DNA of 64,000 nucleotides from Balanoglossus misakiensis (taxonomy: Eukaryota; Animalia; Hemichordata): assembly GCA_040954595.2 (NCBI GenBank), contig CM082590.2, positions 6,014,001 through 6,078,000 on the forward strand, read 5' to 3'. Within the stretch, counting starts at the first letter, position 1. Every line of letters begins with the position of its first letter. Below are positions 26,101-36,478 of the stretch, piece by piece. The position numbers were made by a program, and so were the translations under genes. A model generated the notes under the pieces. It saw only the letters and a program-made list of their open reading frames with translations. It did no database searches and was not told the origin of the DNA.

Positions 26101-29100
26101 CGAGGGGGTAAAAACGGCTGCTATGGCCCGAATATAGGCCAGGCTATAGGTATTTTATAATAAACCTCATGCTAACAGCTGGGAAAATCTTGCAATTTTC
26201 TCTTGAGGCTGGCAGACGACATCTTCAGCGGTGGCCATTGTGTCAGATGACGCGACGCTGATTGACGTGACCACGTTGGTCACGTGACCGGTTTATACTT
26301 TTTCTGCTATTTCCCTAGCGGTTCATAGTCGATTCTATTTTCCTATCACGTGACGGATTCTGGCGAATCACGGCACAGTATTAGCATGAGGTATATTATA
26401 AATATTTATATTGCACGGTCGCTTCTCATTACATGCATAACACATCAAAATATCAGTTTCAACATTTCAGACACAGAAACCCAAAAGATGCTTAGTCTGT
26501 CCTGCCAACCCGTCTCAAAAAATAAAAACAATATGAAATATAAAGTATTATGGTTAATGTTTCATTGTTTATCCGATAATATCACTTTTGTTTACGGCAA
26601 ATATACAATTAATCACATGCGAACAGAATAAAGCAAAATAAAGCAGGCCATGCAGATTTTCTCATGTTTAACTCATACACTGCAATGATCGATATGTGTC
26701 AACACACTTCTGAGGGATTGGTAATGCTTTGTAAATGTTTAGACACATTTATGCTAGGTTTGTTCACATCTTTCCTGAGATGAAAAATATAAGTCTATAA
26801 TTATCAAAAGAAGAGGTTCAGACATTGATATATTTCATAAACTCTGTTTATTCTTCTTTCAACCTATAGCTATACCACAATGGGACAATGCTGTTGACAT
26901 TGCTGTCATATTCCCGTGTATCACTATCAACCAAGGTGAATTCCCATTTTATATATCAGTACTGTTGATATGTTATCTGTACAATTTCCCCACATCTCCA
27001 CACACAGAAAAAATTTCTGCAGTACAAGTACGGCAATATAAACCTACTTATAGCATAATGTATCATGTAATATATAGGAATTTAGATTTTCATACCTAAT
27101 ACATGCAACAATGTTAGTGCAGAAACCTACAAAGTGGGACTACATCTGTGTTCATCACAGCACCCTGTAAAGAAGTAATATCAATTGTCGCGGTACATCT
27201 GTGGCAATCAGAATATAGCAATATGATATGAATGAGCATAGGGCATGCACATCATGAATGAAAGATTATTAGTCCACCTATCCAGAAAGAGAAACTACAG
27301 AAGAACAACGGAATAAAGTGAATTAAAGAATAGTAACTGTTTAAGAGTCTAACAAAGCTCTCTGAATAATACATGTTAACAAATGAATTGATGAATCGTA
27401 TGTACAAACTGTCGTGTTTGTACTGGATTCATAGAATGCTCTTTTTTCAGACAAAAGAATGATTGCACGAGTACACGTATCCCAGAAAGAGAAACTACGT
27501 CTTATTGACTTCGCGAAGAATGTATAAATGAATCCTCAATGTGTAGTATACTGTTGTTCTTGTGTTATATACTGAAGGAATTCATTGGATGTGTTCTTTT
27601 TTCCAGAAAGCATTACTCAAAGCTGGAAAGATCGGATCAATCGTAGTTGAAAAATCTGATACGACGCATGAAGACCTCGACTTGTCAGATGACACTTTGG
27701 ATGAGAAGTTGACAGCCGTTTACAACAGTGGCGAGAAAGTAAAGGCAATTGTAGTTGGTGACAGCAAAGCGTTATCAAGGTTAGATGTACTTATGAAGGG
27801 TCGAGAAATAAGTTCATTAGTGTTATGTAATGTCGACATCAAGGAGGTGAGAAACATAAAGGTATCCGAAAGTCTCACTTTAATCAGTGTTAAGTCTTTT
27901 GATCCCGAGAAAGTGGCTGGTTGGCTTTTGCCCTCAGCTAGGTATTTTACCTGCATTGATACTAAGATCCCTGTACCATGGTCTATCCAACATTCTGGGT
28001 CATTTGAAATACTGAATGTAAGTCGCTGTACCCTCCAAGTGAAGAAATCACCTCAAGCAGACAGAAAAATGAAACAACACCAAATACACATAGCTTGTGG
28101 GAGTGTTAAAAAGTTGTTCTTAAATAACAATGGTTTGACTGATCTGCAGGAGGACATCGGTTCAATTCCTGGTTTATCAACATTGGATGTGAGTAACAAT
28201 TCAATTAAGAGAATACCACCATCGTTGAGCAAACTTGTTGATTGTGAATACATCAGCATAGAAGGAAATCCATCCATAAACATACCACGTGATATTTTAA
28301 GGGGTGGTAAGGAAGCTGTCTTCTCTTACCTGAAGGAATTTCTGAACACAAATACGTTGCCTAATAGGAATGTCAAGGTAGTTCTTGTTGGTCATGAAGG
28401 TGTAGGAAAAACAACTCTAGTGCAAGCATTGAAGGGTGAATCATCAGACGTGCAGAAAACTGATGGCATAGACATCTCGGAAATAAATCTCAAAGAGAGA
28501 GATATTAAGTTGACCGTGTTTGATTTTGCTGGTGATGTAGATTTTCTGGAATCACATTCACTGTTTATTACAGATGACAGTGTCTTTTTGGTCACCTTTG
28601 ACCTCAGCAAATTTGCCATTAGTTCAACAAAGAACAAGGTGTCATCTTCACATCAAATGGGGAGAATGAAATTGTGGTTGCAGACTGTGTTTGCATATGC
28701 TCCAAATTCCCAAGTTATTCTGGTAGGTACCCATGCTGATGCGCCAATGTTAAACAGGGCTGTGCTTGCCTTGATTTGGCAGACGGTTCATGATACACTT
28801 GTTGAAATGAGAGACACACATCGCAAGTACTACCGTCAAAATATGCGCAAAGATTGCTTAGTGTGTCAGAACCAAGATGTGCTGAAAAGAAAGAGTATGT
28901 TTAAGGGATTAGCTGGATATGTGAGTATTGATGGTGATGAGGAATTGGTTGATGAAAGTCAAATGCCTCCTTCAGAAGGAAGAGCTCTGACTTCTTGTCC
29001 ACACATTGTTGGATATGTTGAGGTTTGCAGCACAGAAAAATTCCCAAATTGGATATTATACAAGGGGAATAAGAGCATTGCACAGTTGCAAAAAGCACTA

Positions 29101-30819
29101 ACAAAGGTTTGTGATAATCTTTTGGAATCAACAAACCCAGAAATCCCAGAAAAGTGGAATCTCTTGCGAGAGAACTTAAAATCAGAACGACTGAAACGTC
29201 CAAACCCAGTAATGACCTACAAGGAATACCAGGAGATTGCTGGTAACATTGGAATTGAAAAGGGTGTGACATTAGATAATGCAACCAGTTTTCTGTGTAG
29301 TCAGGGTGACATAGTGGTTGATCCATCTAGATCTACAACTGGAGACAAGGGTCTGCAAGTGCTGGTAGTACTCGATCCCCATTGGCTGGCTAATAAATTG
29401 AAGACACTGATATCTTATGCAAGGGAAGATGGGTCTGGGGAATTCATTGATAACAATGGCATACTGTCAATGGAGAACATGGTAAAAGCCTGGGCAGACA
29501 TCGAAAGTGAATATCGTGGCTCACTTTTAGATGGTTTTACATCATTGCGTATCTGTTTTGCATTTGGTGATGAACAAACATCAGTTGAAGGAAAGAAGGG
29601 TTTTCTGTTTCCTTGTAAGTTACCTGTTGGTCAACCATCACAAGATAGTTGGTACCCATACCCTAAAGACAAAGTCAGACAGGCTAGTCAACTTTACGAA
29701 TTTGGCTTTCTACCTCCACTGTTTTTCTGTGATCTCATAGTAGCGGTCAATGAGAAGGCCATGTTTGCAGAGTCAAGTCATCCCACATACACACGAAATA
29801 ACATTGTGTTTCTTTGCAATGAAAGGTTGGAACCATGTGATGAATGTATCAAGTCTGGTGGTTTTGGCAGAAGTGTGGATACTGTGCACCATGTGCGTTT
29901 TGAGTTGCTTTACCATAGCAACAGTATCCTTGTCAGTGTTAGGGGACCACAGGCTTGTTGCCTCCTGCAACAACTCCAAAGCATCATGAAGGATGTTCTC
30001 AACACCGCTCAGTACATGAATGTTGATATGAAGGTACCAGAGTCCCTATCATGCCCACACTGTATCGTTCAGTGTAAACCTAAGATTGGAGAAATGAAAC
30101 AGGTTGGAAACAGTCTCATCTGTTCAATCCCCAAATCACACAGTCACACATTTGACAACAGGTTAGACCTACTGCAGTGGCATGGTGTAGAAAGACCAAT
30201 TTCTACCCAGACTAGATTTGACATGTCCAAAGATATGCGCTGCCCAAGTCACTTTGTTATGCTGTCGGTTAACACAGGCAGCCTATCAATTGTGGGTCAA
30301 CTGACACAGTATGTGTTTTCCCACTTCTCTGATGGTTATGCAGTCCACTTGCTTTGTGAAAACCCACAACAGTTGCACTTCATCGATTTCCCAGGATATC
30401 GAGTTAGAAATGTGAATGGGTTTCTCAAGAAGTATGGCCCACATATCTGTAGAATTCTGAAGTTCATTGAGAAAGCTGGTGGTTTGTTGAAGTTCATTCC
30501 AGATCCAACCGGTACTGCTGCTGCAGCAGCAAAGGCAGTTCCAGCAATCGCTGGGAAAGCAGGTAACTTACTGTCAGAATTCTTGGATGATTTTGGAAGC
30601 AAGTATCCAGAATTGAATGACATATCCAGAGAGCCACTACAAAAGTCCATGGAGGAGTTAGAAAAGATGAAATCATCACCACACCGCAGAGATTTCCAAC
30701 GCTTTCTCGGTAAAGCTGATGAAGATGGACAGTTTGGGGGCCTACAGCCAATAGCATATGGCACAGGTGTCATTTGGGTTTGTGAAACTCACTTTCGTGA
30801 GCTGGCAAGTAAACAATAG
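8154..30819 (+). CDS. Spliced ANK-LRR-ROC-COR (Roco family, no kinase) gene; join(8154..8183,9999..10115,11599..11697,16009..16107,19073..19171,22212..22310,25636..25677,26870..26935,27607..30819), ~1287 aa
   Basis: Nine exons, all joined by GT..AG phase-0 introns, give one open frame of 3864 nt. Ankyrin motifs (PLHxAAxxGH) lie in the small exons; LRRs, P-loop GHEGVGKT and COR-like sequence lie in the last exon. Confidence 0.8.
8930..8947 (+). CDS. Candidate alternative first coding exon 1b (MCAYPR)
   Basis: ATG TGT GCA TAC CCA CGA|gtaagc; phase 0, compatible with the exon at 9999; identical 18 nt plus donor at 62891-62914 in the paralogue. Confidence 0.4.
9999..10115 (+). CDS. Roco gene exon 2, N-cap-like ankyrin repeat (DLIDAAGDGDVARIRSLIADGYNVNAKGVYRSKTTGWTW)
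   Basis: tatag| acceptor and TGG|gtaaga donor; 117 nt; LxxAAxxGDxxxxxxLIxxGxxVNAK ankyrin pattern. Confidence 0.85.
11599..11697 (+). CDS. Roco gene exon 3, ankyrin repeat (SEWTALHVAAFNNKLEAAQVLIDHEADVNAKNE)
   Basis: tttcag| acceptor and GAG|gtaagt donor; 99 nt; canonical 33-aa ankyrin repeat. Confidence 0.92.
13395..13729. mobile_element. TTAA-target (Kolobok-like) MITE copy, right TIR truncated
   Basis: TTAA|AGGGACAAAGTCTCTCTCGCTGCCC start; same family as 42376-42725. Confidence 0.8.
16009..16107 (+). CDS. Roco gene exon 4, ankyrin cassette A (TGWVPLHLAAWKGHGDVVKLLLQSNASIDVQNN)
   Basis: cccacag| acceptor and AAC|gtaagt donor; 99 nt; phase 0. Confidence 0.92.
19073..19171 (+). CDS. Roco gene exon 5, ankyrin cassette B (RGQAPLHFAAEYGHFDVVRLLLQSNASVDVQTN)
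   Basis: cccacag| acceptor and AAC|gtaagt donor; 99 nt; phase 0. Confidence 0.92.
21324..21528. mobile_element. Tc1/mariner-type MITE inserted in the third ankyrin unit
   Basis: TA|CTGCAAAACA..TTTATTTTCGCGAG ... CTCGCGAAAATAAAATGTTTTGCAG|TA; the empty site gagacTActtgcc is present in units A and B. Confidence 0.9.
22212..22310 (+). CDS. Roco gene exon 6, ankyrin cassette C (YGKAPLHWAAFNGHGDVVKLLLQSNASIDVQDN)
   Basis: cccacag| acceptor and AAT|gtaagt donor; 99 nt; phase 0. Confidence 0.92.
22680..22872. mobile_element. Palindromic ~190-bp MITE-like hairpin
   Basis: acagaaccccatg...gcacggcgtaacggtagtatttgca...ctggcggtgtattcttgc is mirrored by gcaagaatacaccgccag...tgcaaatactaccgttacgccgtgc...catggggttctgt. 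Confidence 0.75.
25636..25677 (+). CDS. Roco gene exon 7, ankyrin C-cap start (DGETPLDFAVEKLK)
   Basis: tttag| acceptor and AAG|gtatgt donor; 42 nt; GxTPLDxA is the typical terminal ankyrin half-repeat. Confidence 0.85.
25980..26403. mobile_element. Double-hairpin non-autonomous element
   Basis: Palindrome 25980-26151 (acctattgcctggcc...ggccaggctataggt) is directly followed by a second inverted pair ttataataaacctcatgctaa ... ttagcatgaggtatattataa. Confidence 0.6.
26870..26935 (+). CDS. Roco gene exon 8 (LYHNGTMLLTLLSYSRVSLSTK), probable second C-cap helix and linker
   Basis: Pyrimidine tract plus tatag| acceptor and AAG|gtgaat donor; 66 nt; open in phase 0. Confidence 0.6.
27607..30819 (+). 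CDS. Roco gene terminal exon: degenerate LRRs, LRRs, ROC GTPase, COR and C-terminal domain (1070 aa)
   Basis: ttttttccag| acceptor in frame with ORF 27562..30819. LRRs: LFLNNNGLTDL, LDVSNNSIKRIP, ISIEGNP. G1 GHEGVGKT (28390-28413), G2 KTDGIDI, G3 DFAGD (28522-28536), G4 VGTHAD. COR-like IPEKW, LDPHWL and FPCKLP motifs. No kinase motifs. Confidence 0.95.
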   Translation, partial: KALLKAGKIGSIVVEKSDTTHEDLDLSDDTLDEKLTAVYNSGEKVKAIVVGDSKALSRLDVLMKGREISSLVLCNVDIKEVRNIKVSESLTLISVKSFDPEKVAGWLLPSARYFTCIDTKIPVPWSIQHSGSFEILNVSRCTLQVKKSPQADRKMKQHQIHIACGSVKKLFLNNNGLTDLQEDIGSIPGLSTLDVSNNSIKRIPPSLSKLVDCEYISIEGNPSINIPRDILRGGKEAVFSYLKEFLNTNTLPNRNVKVVLVGHEGVGKTTLVQALKGESSDVQKTDGIDISEINLKERDIKLTVFDFAGDVDFLESHSLFITDDSVFLVTFDLSKFAISSTKNKVSSSHQMGRMKLWLQTVFAYAPNSQVILVGTHADAPMLNRAVLALIWQTVHDTLVEMRDTHRKYYRQNMRKDCLVCQNQDVLKRKSMFKGLAGYVSIDGDEELVDESQMPPSEGRALTSCPHIVGYVEVCSTEKFPNWILYKGNKSIAQLQKALTKVCDNLLESTNPEIPEKWNLLRENLKSERLKRPNPVMTYKEYQEIAGNIGIEKGVTLDNATSFLCSQGDIVVDPSRSTTGDKGLQVLVVLDPHWLANKLKTLISYAREDGSGEFIDNNGILSMENMVKAWADIESEYRGSLLDGFTSLRICFAFGDEQTSVEGKKGFLFPCKLPVGQPSQDSWYPYPKDKVRQASQLYEFGFLPPLFFCDLIVAVNEKAMFAESSHPTYTRNNIVFLCNERLEPCDECIKSGGFGRSVDTVHHVRFELLYHSNSILVSVRGPQACCLLQQLQSIMKDVLNTAQYMNVDMKVPESLSCPHCIVQCKPKIGEMKQVGNSLICSIPKSHSHTFDNRLDLLQWHGVERPISTQTRFDMSKDMRCPSHFVMLSVNTGSLSIVGQLTQYVFSHFSDGYAVHLLCENPQQLHFIDFPGYRVRNVNGFLKKYGPHICRILKFIEKAGGLLKFIPDPTGTAAAAAKAVPAIAGKAGNLLSEFLDDFGSKYPELNDISREPLQKSMEELEKMKSSPHRRDFQRFLGKADEDGQFGGLQPIAYGTGVIWVCETHFRELASKQ

Positions 30820-33800
30820 AGACATACTGATGTGGGTGTCACCCAAAGATTATCACAATACTCTACGTTAACATACGGTATTGTATCTGTGATACCACAA
30901 TACATGTGCATGAATGTTACCAAAACATAAATCGAACATTTCCATCAATACACCCTAGCATCCACAATGTACTCTCAAACATCTCATGAGGGCGCAAGAC
31001 TGGTAGATTCCAAACACTACAGAATTTGCATCTGGCCACACATGTACTACACAGTAACTGCATTTCCCATTGTGTATATAATGGCAGAGTTGTGACATTA
31101 TTTCCAAGTACAAGGAATACTACGTATATACATTTTATTCGGATATATCCCCTGAACAGTTCCAACAATGTCAAATTTAGATAAAAGAGTGAAATATTTC
31201 ATGTTTGGTCTGTGTTTAGAGATAGTGGGAATTGTTTTTAGGTGACTGTAGGAAATTATACAATAGACCTTCAGTTAGACACTCCTTCACCATATATGTT
31301 CATCGGCCAAAAAACATGGTCACAGATAAGTGGATGAAATGACATTTTAAGCACTCGCTATTTGATGGGAACACTGCTAATGCAGTATCCTCTGTGCAGA
31401 GACCAATCCTATGATTTGATAAACAAAAATGTGGCCTTTCAATCTTCTTGTGAGAAAATTCACTTTGTGGTTGCATTTGTAACATAATCAAATGACCCAG
31501 GTTAATTGGATTGCAGTATCTCAATTTATATTTGCATTTTAAGTGGTGATTTATTCTATGGCCTAGTACACCACAATTGACATTAAACACATTCTGTGGA
31601 TGTGTAGCCAAATATATGTTTAATAGAGAGAGAAGGAGATTGTCTGTCTTTACACCAAGTTCTAATATGAATTGTGCATCAATGTAGAATTATGTAACTT
31701 GCGTTTTTAAAACTATCAAGAATATCATGTTTTAATGTCCTCTTGAATCATGAATGTTTTCATTTAAACATTCATTTGCAACTTTCGGGCTAGGTTTATC
31801 AATATAAGGTAGTTTTTGGTGTGTTAATATAATACTTGCTTTTTGTTCTTTGTGACTTGTATTTTATGCAGAAAATATATGCGGTATGTTATTTTTTTCT
31901 GTCACAGGTTTAATGTCTTTAATTATGCCTATCAACATGTGATATATGCAAAATTTAATTGATGCACTAACAATCTTGACAGAAATGGCATATAGTGATT
32001 TCATTTCATTTCTCTTGGATCAAAACCAGCTGTCTTAAAGTTAACATGCCGTCTGTCAGTGAATCCTTTTGTATGGGACCATTACTCAGACATGTGTGGA
32101 CAGACTTTATTTCATGTTAACTCAGTGTTCTCTTTATCCATTGATCCGGGACAAGGTTAATTGCAATGACAATATATGCTTGAATATTCAGTAATAGGAC
32201 AAAAAACTTCACCAGTTTCTGCGTTTAAGACAGCTCAATAACCAAGGTTTTTCTAAGACCATCTGTACACTCTGATAATTTTGTCGATAAAATACTTTAA
32301 CCACAGCTTATTGTTATTGCTACAAGTACGTTCAATACACATAAATTGGTAATACTCGCAAGTCACAGTTAATGTTACCGTATGTTTCCTTTTAAAAGCT
32401 TTTTATATTAACGTTTTTTACATTGTGTTTTACAAAACCAAATGTGTGAAGTATCAAGCTTGTAAATTCACCTCACAAATATCCCCCACACAGAAACTGG
32501 CCAGCTTGGATTATTTACTCTGATCTGATCCTTTTGTTTTGGATGTTGTTCCTGTAAAACAATCCCTTCTCTGCTTTAAGCACATTTTCCCCGAATATGT
32601 TAACCTGGTTGGTCAATCCCTAGTTTATCAGTGTGAAGGTAAACTTGTAAAGTTAATAGACGTGGGTCAAACAGATGTGTTTAGCCAGTGCCCGTATTGG
32701 CCATGTGTACATCTGTGTCAGGGACAGCTGTCATGATTAAGACAACTTTGTTTGTATTGAATTCTTTTAGAACATACTGAATTTACCCCTCATTTGAACT
32801 CTCTGTTTATGAGTCTTTCAAACAATATGTAAATTGCAGAGACAGATGCCACACAAAAACAAACACACAAATGAACATCAACTGGTTTGAAAAAAACTAC
32901 ATCAATGATGTTATGGGCATATTAATAAGAATGATAGTGTTTTAAGATTTCTACATATACTAATAAAGAAGACAGGTTGATATTTCAATTATTGATGACA
33001 TGTATTTGAAGAATTCATTTCAATATTGGCAATTTGGTTTGAATAAAATTGAGACAATATTTTCAGAATTTGGTTGCACTATATTCATTTTAAGCGAAAA
33101 ATATTTTTTTTAAATGTACATTTAATTATGTAGTACCTTTTGTTGGAAAGCCTTATTCATATACCCTTTCAATGTACTATGATAGGACAATGAAAAGCCC
33201 ATTAGATGTCATTCAAATTGTGTTGCATTTGTTTGAAATGATTTTCTGTTTATGTTTTCGCTAAATTAGGCCAGGGGCTTATGGGGGTATATGAACAAAT
33301 TAAAAGGACAAGTCATTACAAAAGTTAGTAGAATTGATAAAGGTAGGTTTGGGAGTGGGTGCCCCCCTCCTATGTTAGAAAATTTAATAAATACAGAGCT
33401 CAAAGCTGCATTTGAATGAACTCAAATTAACTCAACTATGTTAGGGAGGCCAAATTTAGCCTTCGCCGCTCAAAGTTAGCATTGGTGGGGGGGGGGGGGG
33501 GCAAGTACTCTGCCTAGGTTCACCAGGCAATACATGAAAGGTGTGAAAGAATAGGAGGGGTGGGTGTGGGAAGGGGTGTCCCCCTCTGACATTAGAAAAT
33601 TTTGTAATATAACAATCTCGAAACCGCAATTTTTTGTCCCTAAAGTTGGGAGGGGCAAAAGTATTTCTTTGCCGCCCCCCCCCTTCCCCTTCAGCATTGG
33701 AGGGGGCAAGTGACCACCCCCCCTCCTGGTTCCTACGCCGATGGAGGCGAAGTTGTGGAAATGTATGTCTGCTTGGGACCATTATGCAACGCTTTGGGGT

Positions 33801-34656
33801 ATACTTTTGTCACTGTCAGTGTGCCCTCTAAGCCCATATGATACACCACTGACTCACTGGTGACTCAAGGAAATTATCCACAATACATGCAAAGTACAGA
33901 CTCTTTTACAAATCTTCAAATTGACTCAAAGCTTTAAAAAATTATGTTTGTTTAGAGAACATTGCAGGTAACATTGGCAAGCAGATATGACCTAACCATA
34001 TATAAATATGGAAATGTAAAAAGAAATAAAACTGTATGAACATGCCCAATCAAGTGTCATGTGTCAAGGCAATCCTACAAGCAGTGCAACTTCTTTCAAG
34101 CAGCCCTGGGACAGACAGTCAGAGACACTCACTGACCTTAGACTCTCTCACAGCCCACGGTTCGCTACAAGGCTCTTTACTGACGCGCCCTCAACCGGCC
34201 ATCTTGAAATTGTGTCGACCATATGTGATTTTCATCACTCACTTAGGTAGCTTAAAACCTATTTAAGGTAGGGAGAATTGCGGGAAAGTGATTGGCTTTA
34301 GAGTGTGCATGTATGGTAGCTGATCAGTGGCCTTCGTCTCTTCTTTTGTGAAATGTATAAGTGAACGGCCTGTGTAGGTATCTGAGTCTCATTGCAAGAA
34401 AAAATGGCCAGACGCAAAACACCCAGACAGTCTGGTTCACTCTTGAATTGGCACACGTTCAACTGTCAACCCAATTGCATTTGGGTGAAACCAGGTCACG
34501 ATGATTAACAAGGCCTTCTTTATACACTCAGTGCCCGCACCGTGATGTCAATGAAAGGAGAGCTCTTTGGAAGATGATTTCTTTTACTTGTATTCAGAGG
34601 AAGCATTTCATTGTACACGTTAACACCAGTGCTATTTTTCACACGTGTTCAATTAA

Positions 34657-34759
34657 AGGGACAAAGTCTCTCTCTCGCTGCCCTTTTTCTATTAATTATG
34701 TTTGATACAAGACACTGTTAATGTTATTCTACATGTGGATATATAGTGAATCAACGTTC
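34657..34759. mobile_element. 5' fragment of the TTAA-target (Kolobok-like) MITE, interrupted by a G-rich repeat
   Basis: TTAA|AGGGACAAAGTCTCTC... matches the family for ~100 bp, then switches to a G-run element. Confidence 0.75.
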
Positions 34760-36145
34760 GATCAGTTTTTACGGCCGGGGGGCCGGCAAAATCCAAGGGG
34801 GGGGGGATCACTTAAATTTTGAAGTCCGAAAGGGGGGGGGGTCATCTGTTTTTTTTAAACTTTTAGGGGGGTCACATACTTTTACCACCGAACTTTTGCT
34901 TTTGAGTCCACAAAATTGCAGTTTCGCGCCCTTTATTTGACAAAATTTTCTAATGTGCGAGGGGGACACCCCCTCCCACACCCAACCCCTCCATTCTTCG
35001 CCACATATCATTTATTCGCTGGTTGCACATGCACTCATATTTAGGGTTTATAATGCTTGTGTATAGTTCACTGCCTTCATCAGCATGGACTAATGGTAGT
35101 GCAGTGTGAAACAAAAATTATGATAATTATCCCAAAAGTTGCAGCTTATGTGCCTTTAAAGAAAGTAATGCAAATTTAAAAAAACAAACGACATATATCT
35201 GATTGATACTTTTTGTTATGTTTTAGCATTATGAAGCTGATTTTTCATTCTTGTTTTGTAAACCAATCATCTTGTGTAGGTGGTGTAGAACTGTTTCTAG
35301 TCGAACACCATTAACATCAATTGAATAAAAAACACAGTCAATTGATAAAGCCATGAACAATGTGTTTAGCTGAATACAACTTCTCTGGTGAAATCTGACG
35401 CATGGAACGCCAGAGACAAAGAACATGTAGAAGAATATGTAGAACTTCATGACCTCTGCGCGTGATCTGTGCCGTACAGAAGTTATCTTTATGAGTGATG
35501 TGGTGTATTGAAAGGAACTACTTTTTTCATTCTCTCTGTACGTGTTGTCGGTCATTCCATGGACGTCCATGGTCATTCTTATGATGAAGGACAGTCATCT
35601 GTGTGGTTTATCTCACAAAACAATGCATTCCAAAGAATGGTGTTTGTTGACCCTGGCCCGGTTTCTTTTACAAAAACGTGCTCATCAAACCGCGACTTCA
35701 TAAGTGTACTCACGGTCACCAAACTCAAAGGTGCACTTTATAGTACAGTATAACCCAGAAAGTATATCTCGGTTTTTTGGCAACGAACCAATCAGTCTTG
35801 TTATGCAAAACACTTTCATCACGTGCCTTTGTTGCACTGTTTATATATAGAGAGTTCTGTTGCCATCGTCCCAGTAGTTCGCGCACTTCTGCATTGAAGA
35901 CAACTTCCAAATACATCACTGGTTGTAACACTGAAGCTGAAAAAAATGGGGTAGGTTTCAAAATCCAGTTGTTTTGCTTAGGTACCATACTGCAGCTGTC
36001 ATAACGAAATATCGCCAATGTCGTGTTACTTAGTATCGCCGTGATGGATCAGATGCTTTGCTCATTTTGTTAAATATCTGCATTGATAACTTCAACATTT
36101 GCTTTACGTGAACTTGGTGGACTTTTTATCTTTAAACTTTGTTAA

Positions 36146-36478
36146 AGGGACAAAGTGTCTCTCTCGCTGCCCTTTTTCCATTAATAATATTTGATAAGAG
36201 ACACTGTTTATATTATTTTACAAGTGGATATATAGTGAGTCAACGTTCAACCACACACAACTTCAATCCAACTTGTAGACACGAGAGTGAAAAACTCGCC
36301 TAAATGAATATCGGTGTTTACCATTTATTCATTTTGGCTAGATTTTTACTCTTATATCCTACAAACGGGATGAAAGTTGTGTTTGGTCGAATATTGATTC
36401 GCTATATATCCCCATGTAGAATAACATAAACAGTGTCTTGCATCAAACATAATTAAGTGAGAGAGAGACTTTGTCCCT
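36146..36478. mobile_element. TTAA-target (Kolobok-like) MITE in unit 1 of the 1621-bp repeat
   Basis: TTAA|AGGGACAAAG...CTTTGTCCCT|TTAA. Confidence 0.85.

Noticed and set aside
27562-27606. GTG start of the 1085-aa ORF as a stand-alone prokaryote-like gene
   Set aside because: These codons are a polypyrimidine tract ending in ccag, an in-frame splice acceptor; the context is eukaryotic
27607-30819. Assigning LRRK1, LRRK2, MFHAS1 or DAPK1 as gene symbol
   Set aside because: No kinase, WD40 or death domain, and the architecture fits none of them; orthology needs a phylogeny
34353-34360. ATG TAT AA|gtgaac as the missing first exon of the secreted-protein gene
   Set aside because: The phase fits (MYK|SLCLP...), but the donor is weak and there is no independent support; left unresolved
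33340-35000. G/C-run motifs as a special regulatory or G-quadruplex system
   Set aside because: They match MITE-like repeat fragments (gggggacaccccctc.cacaccc in both orientations), related to the element at 63699
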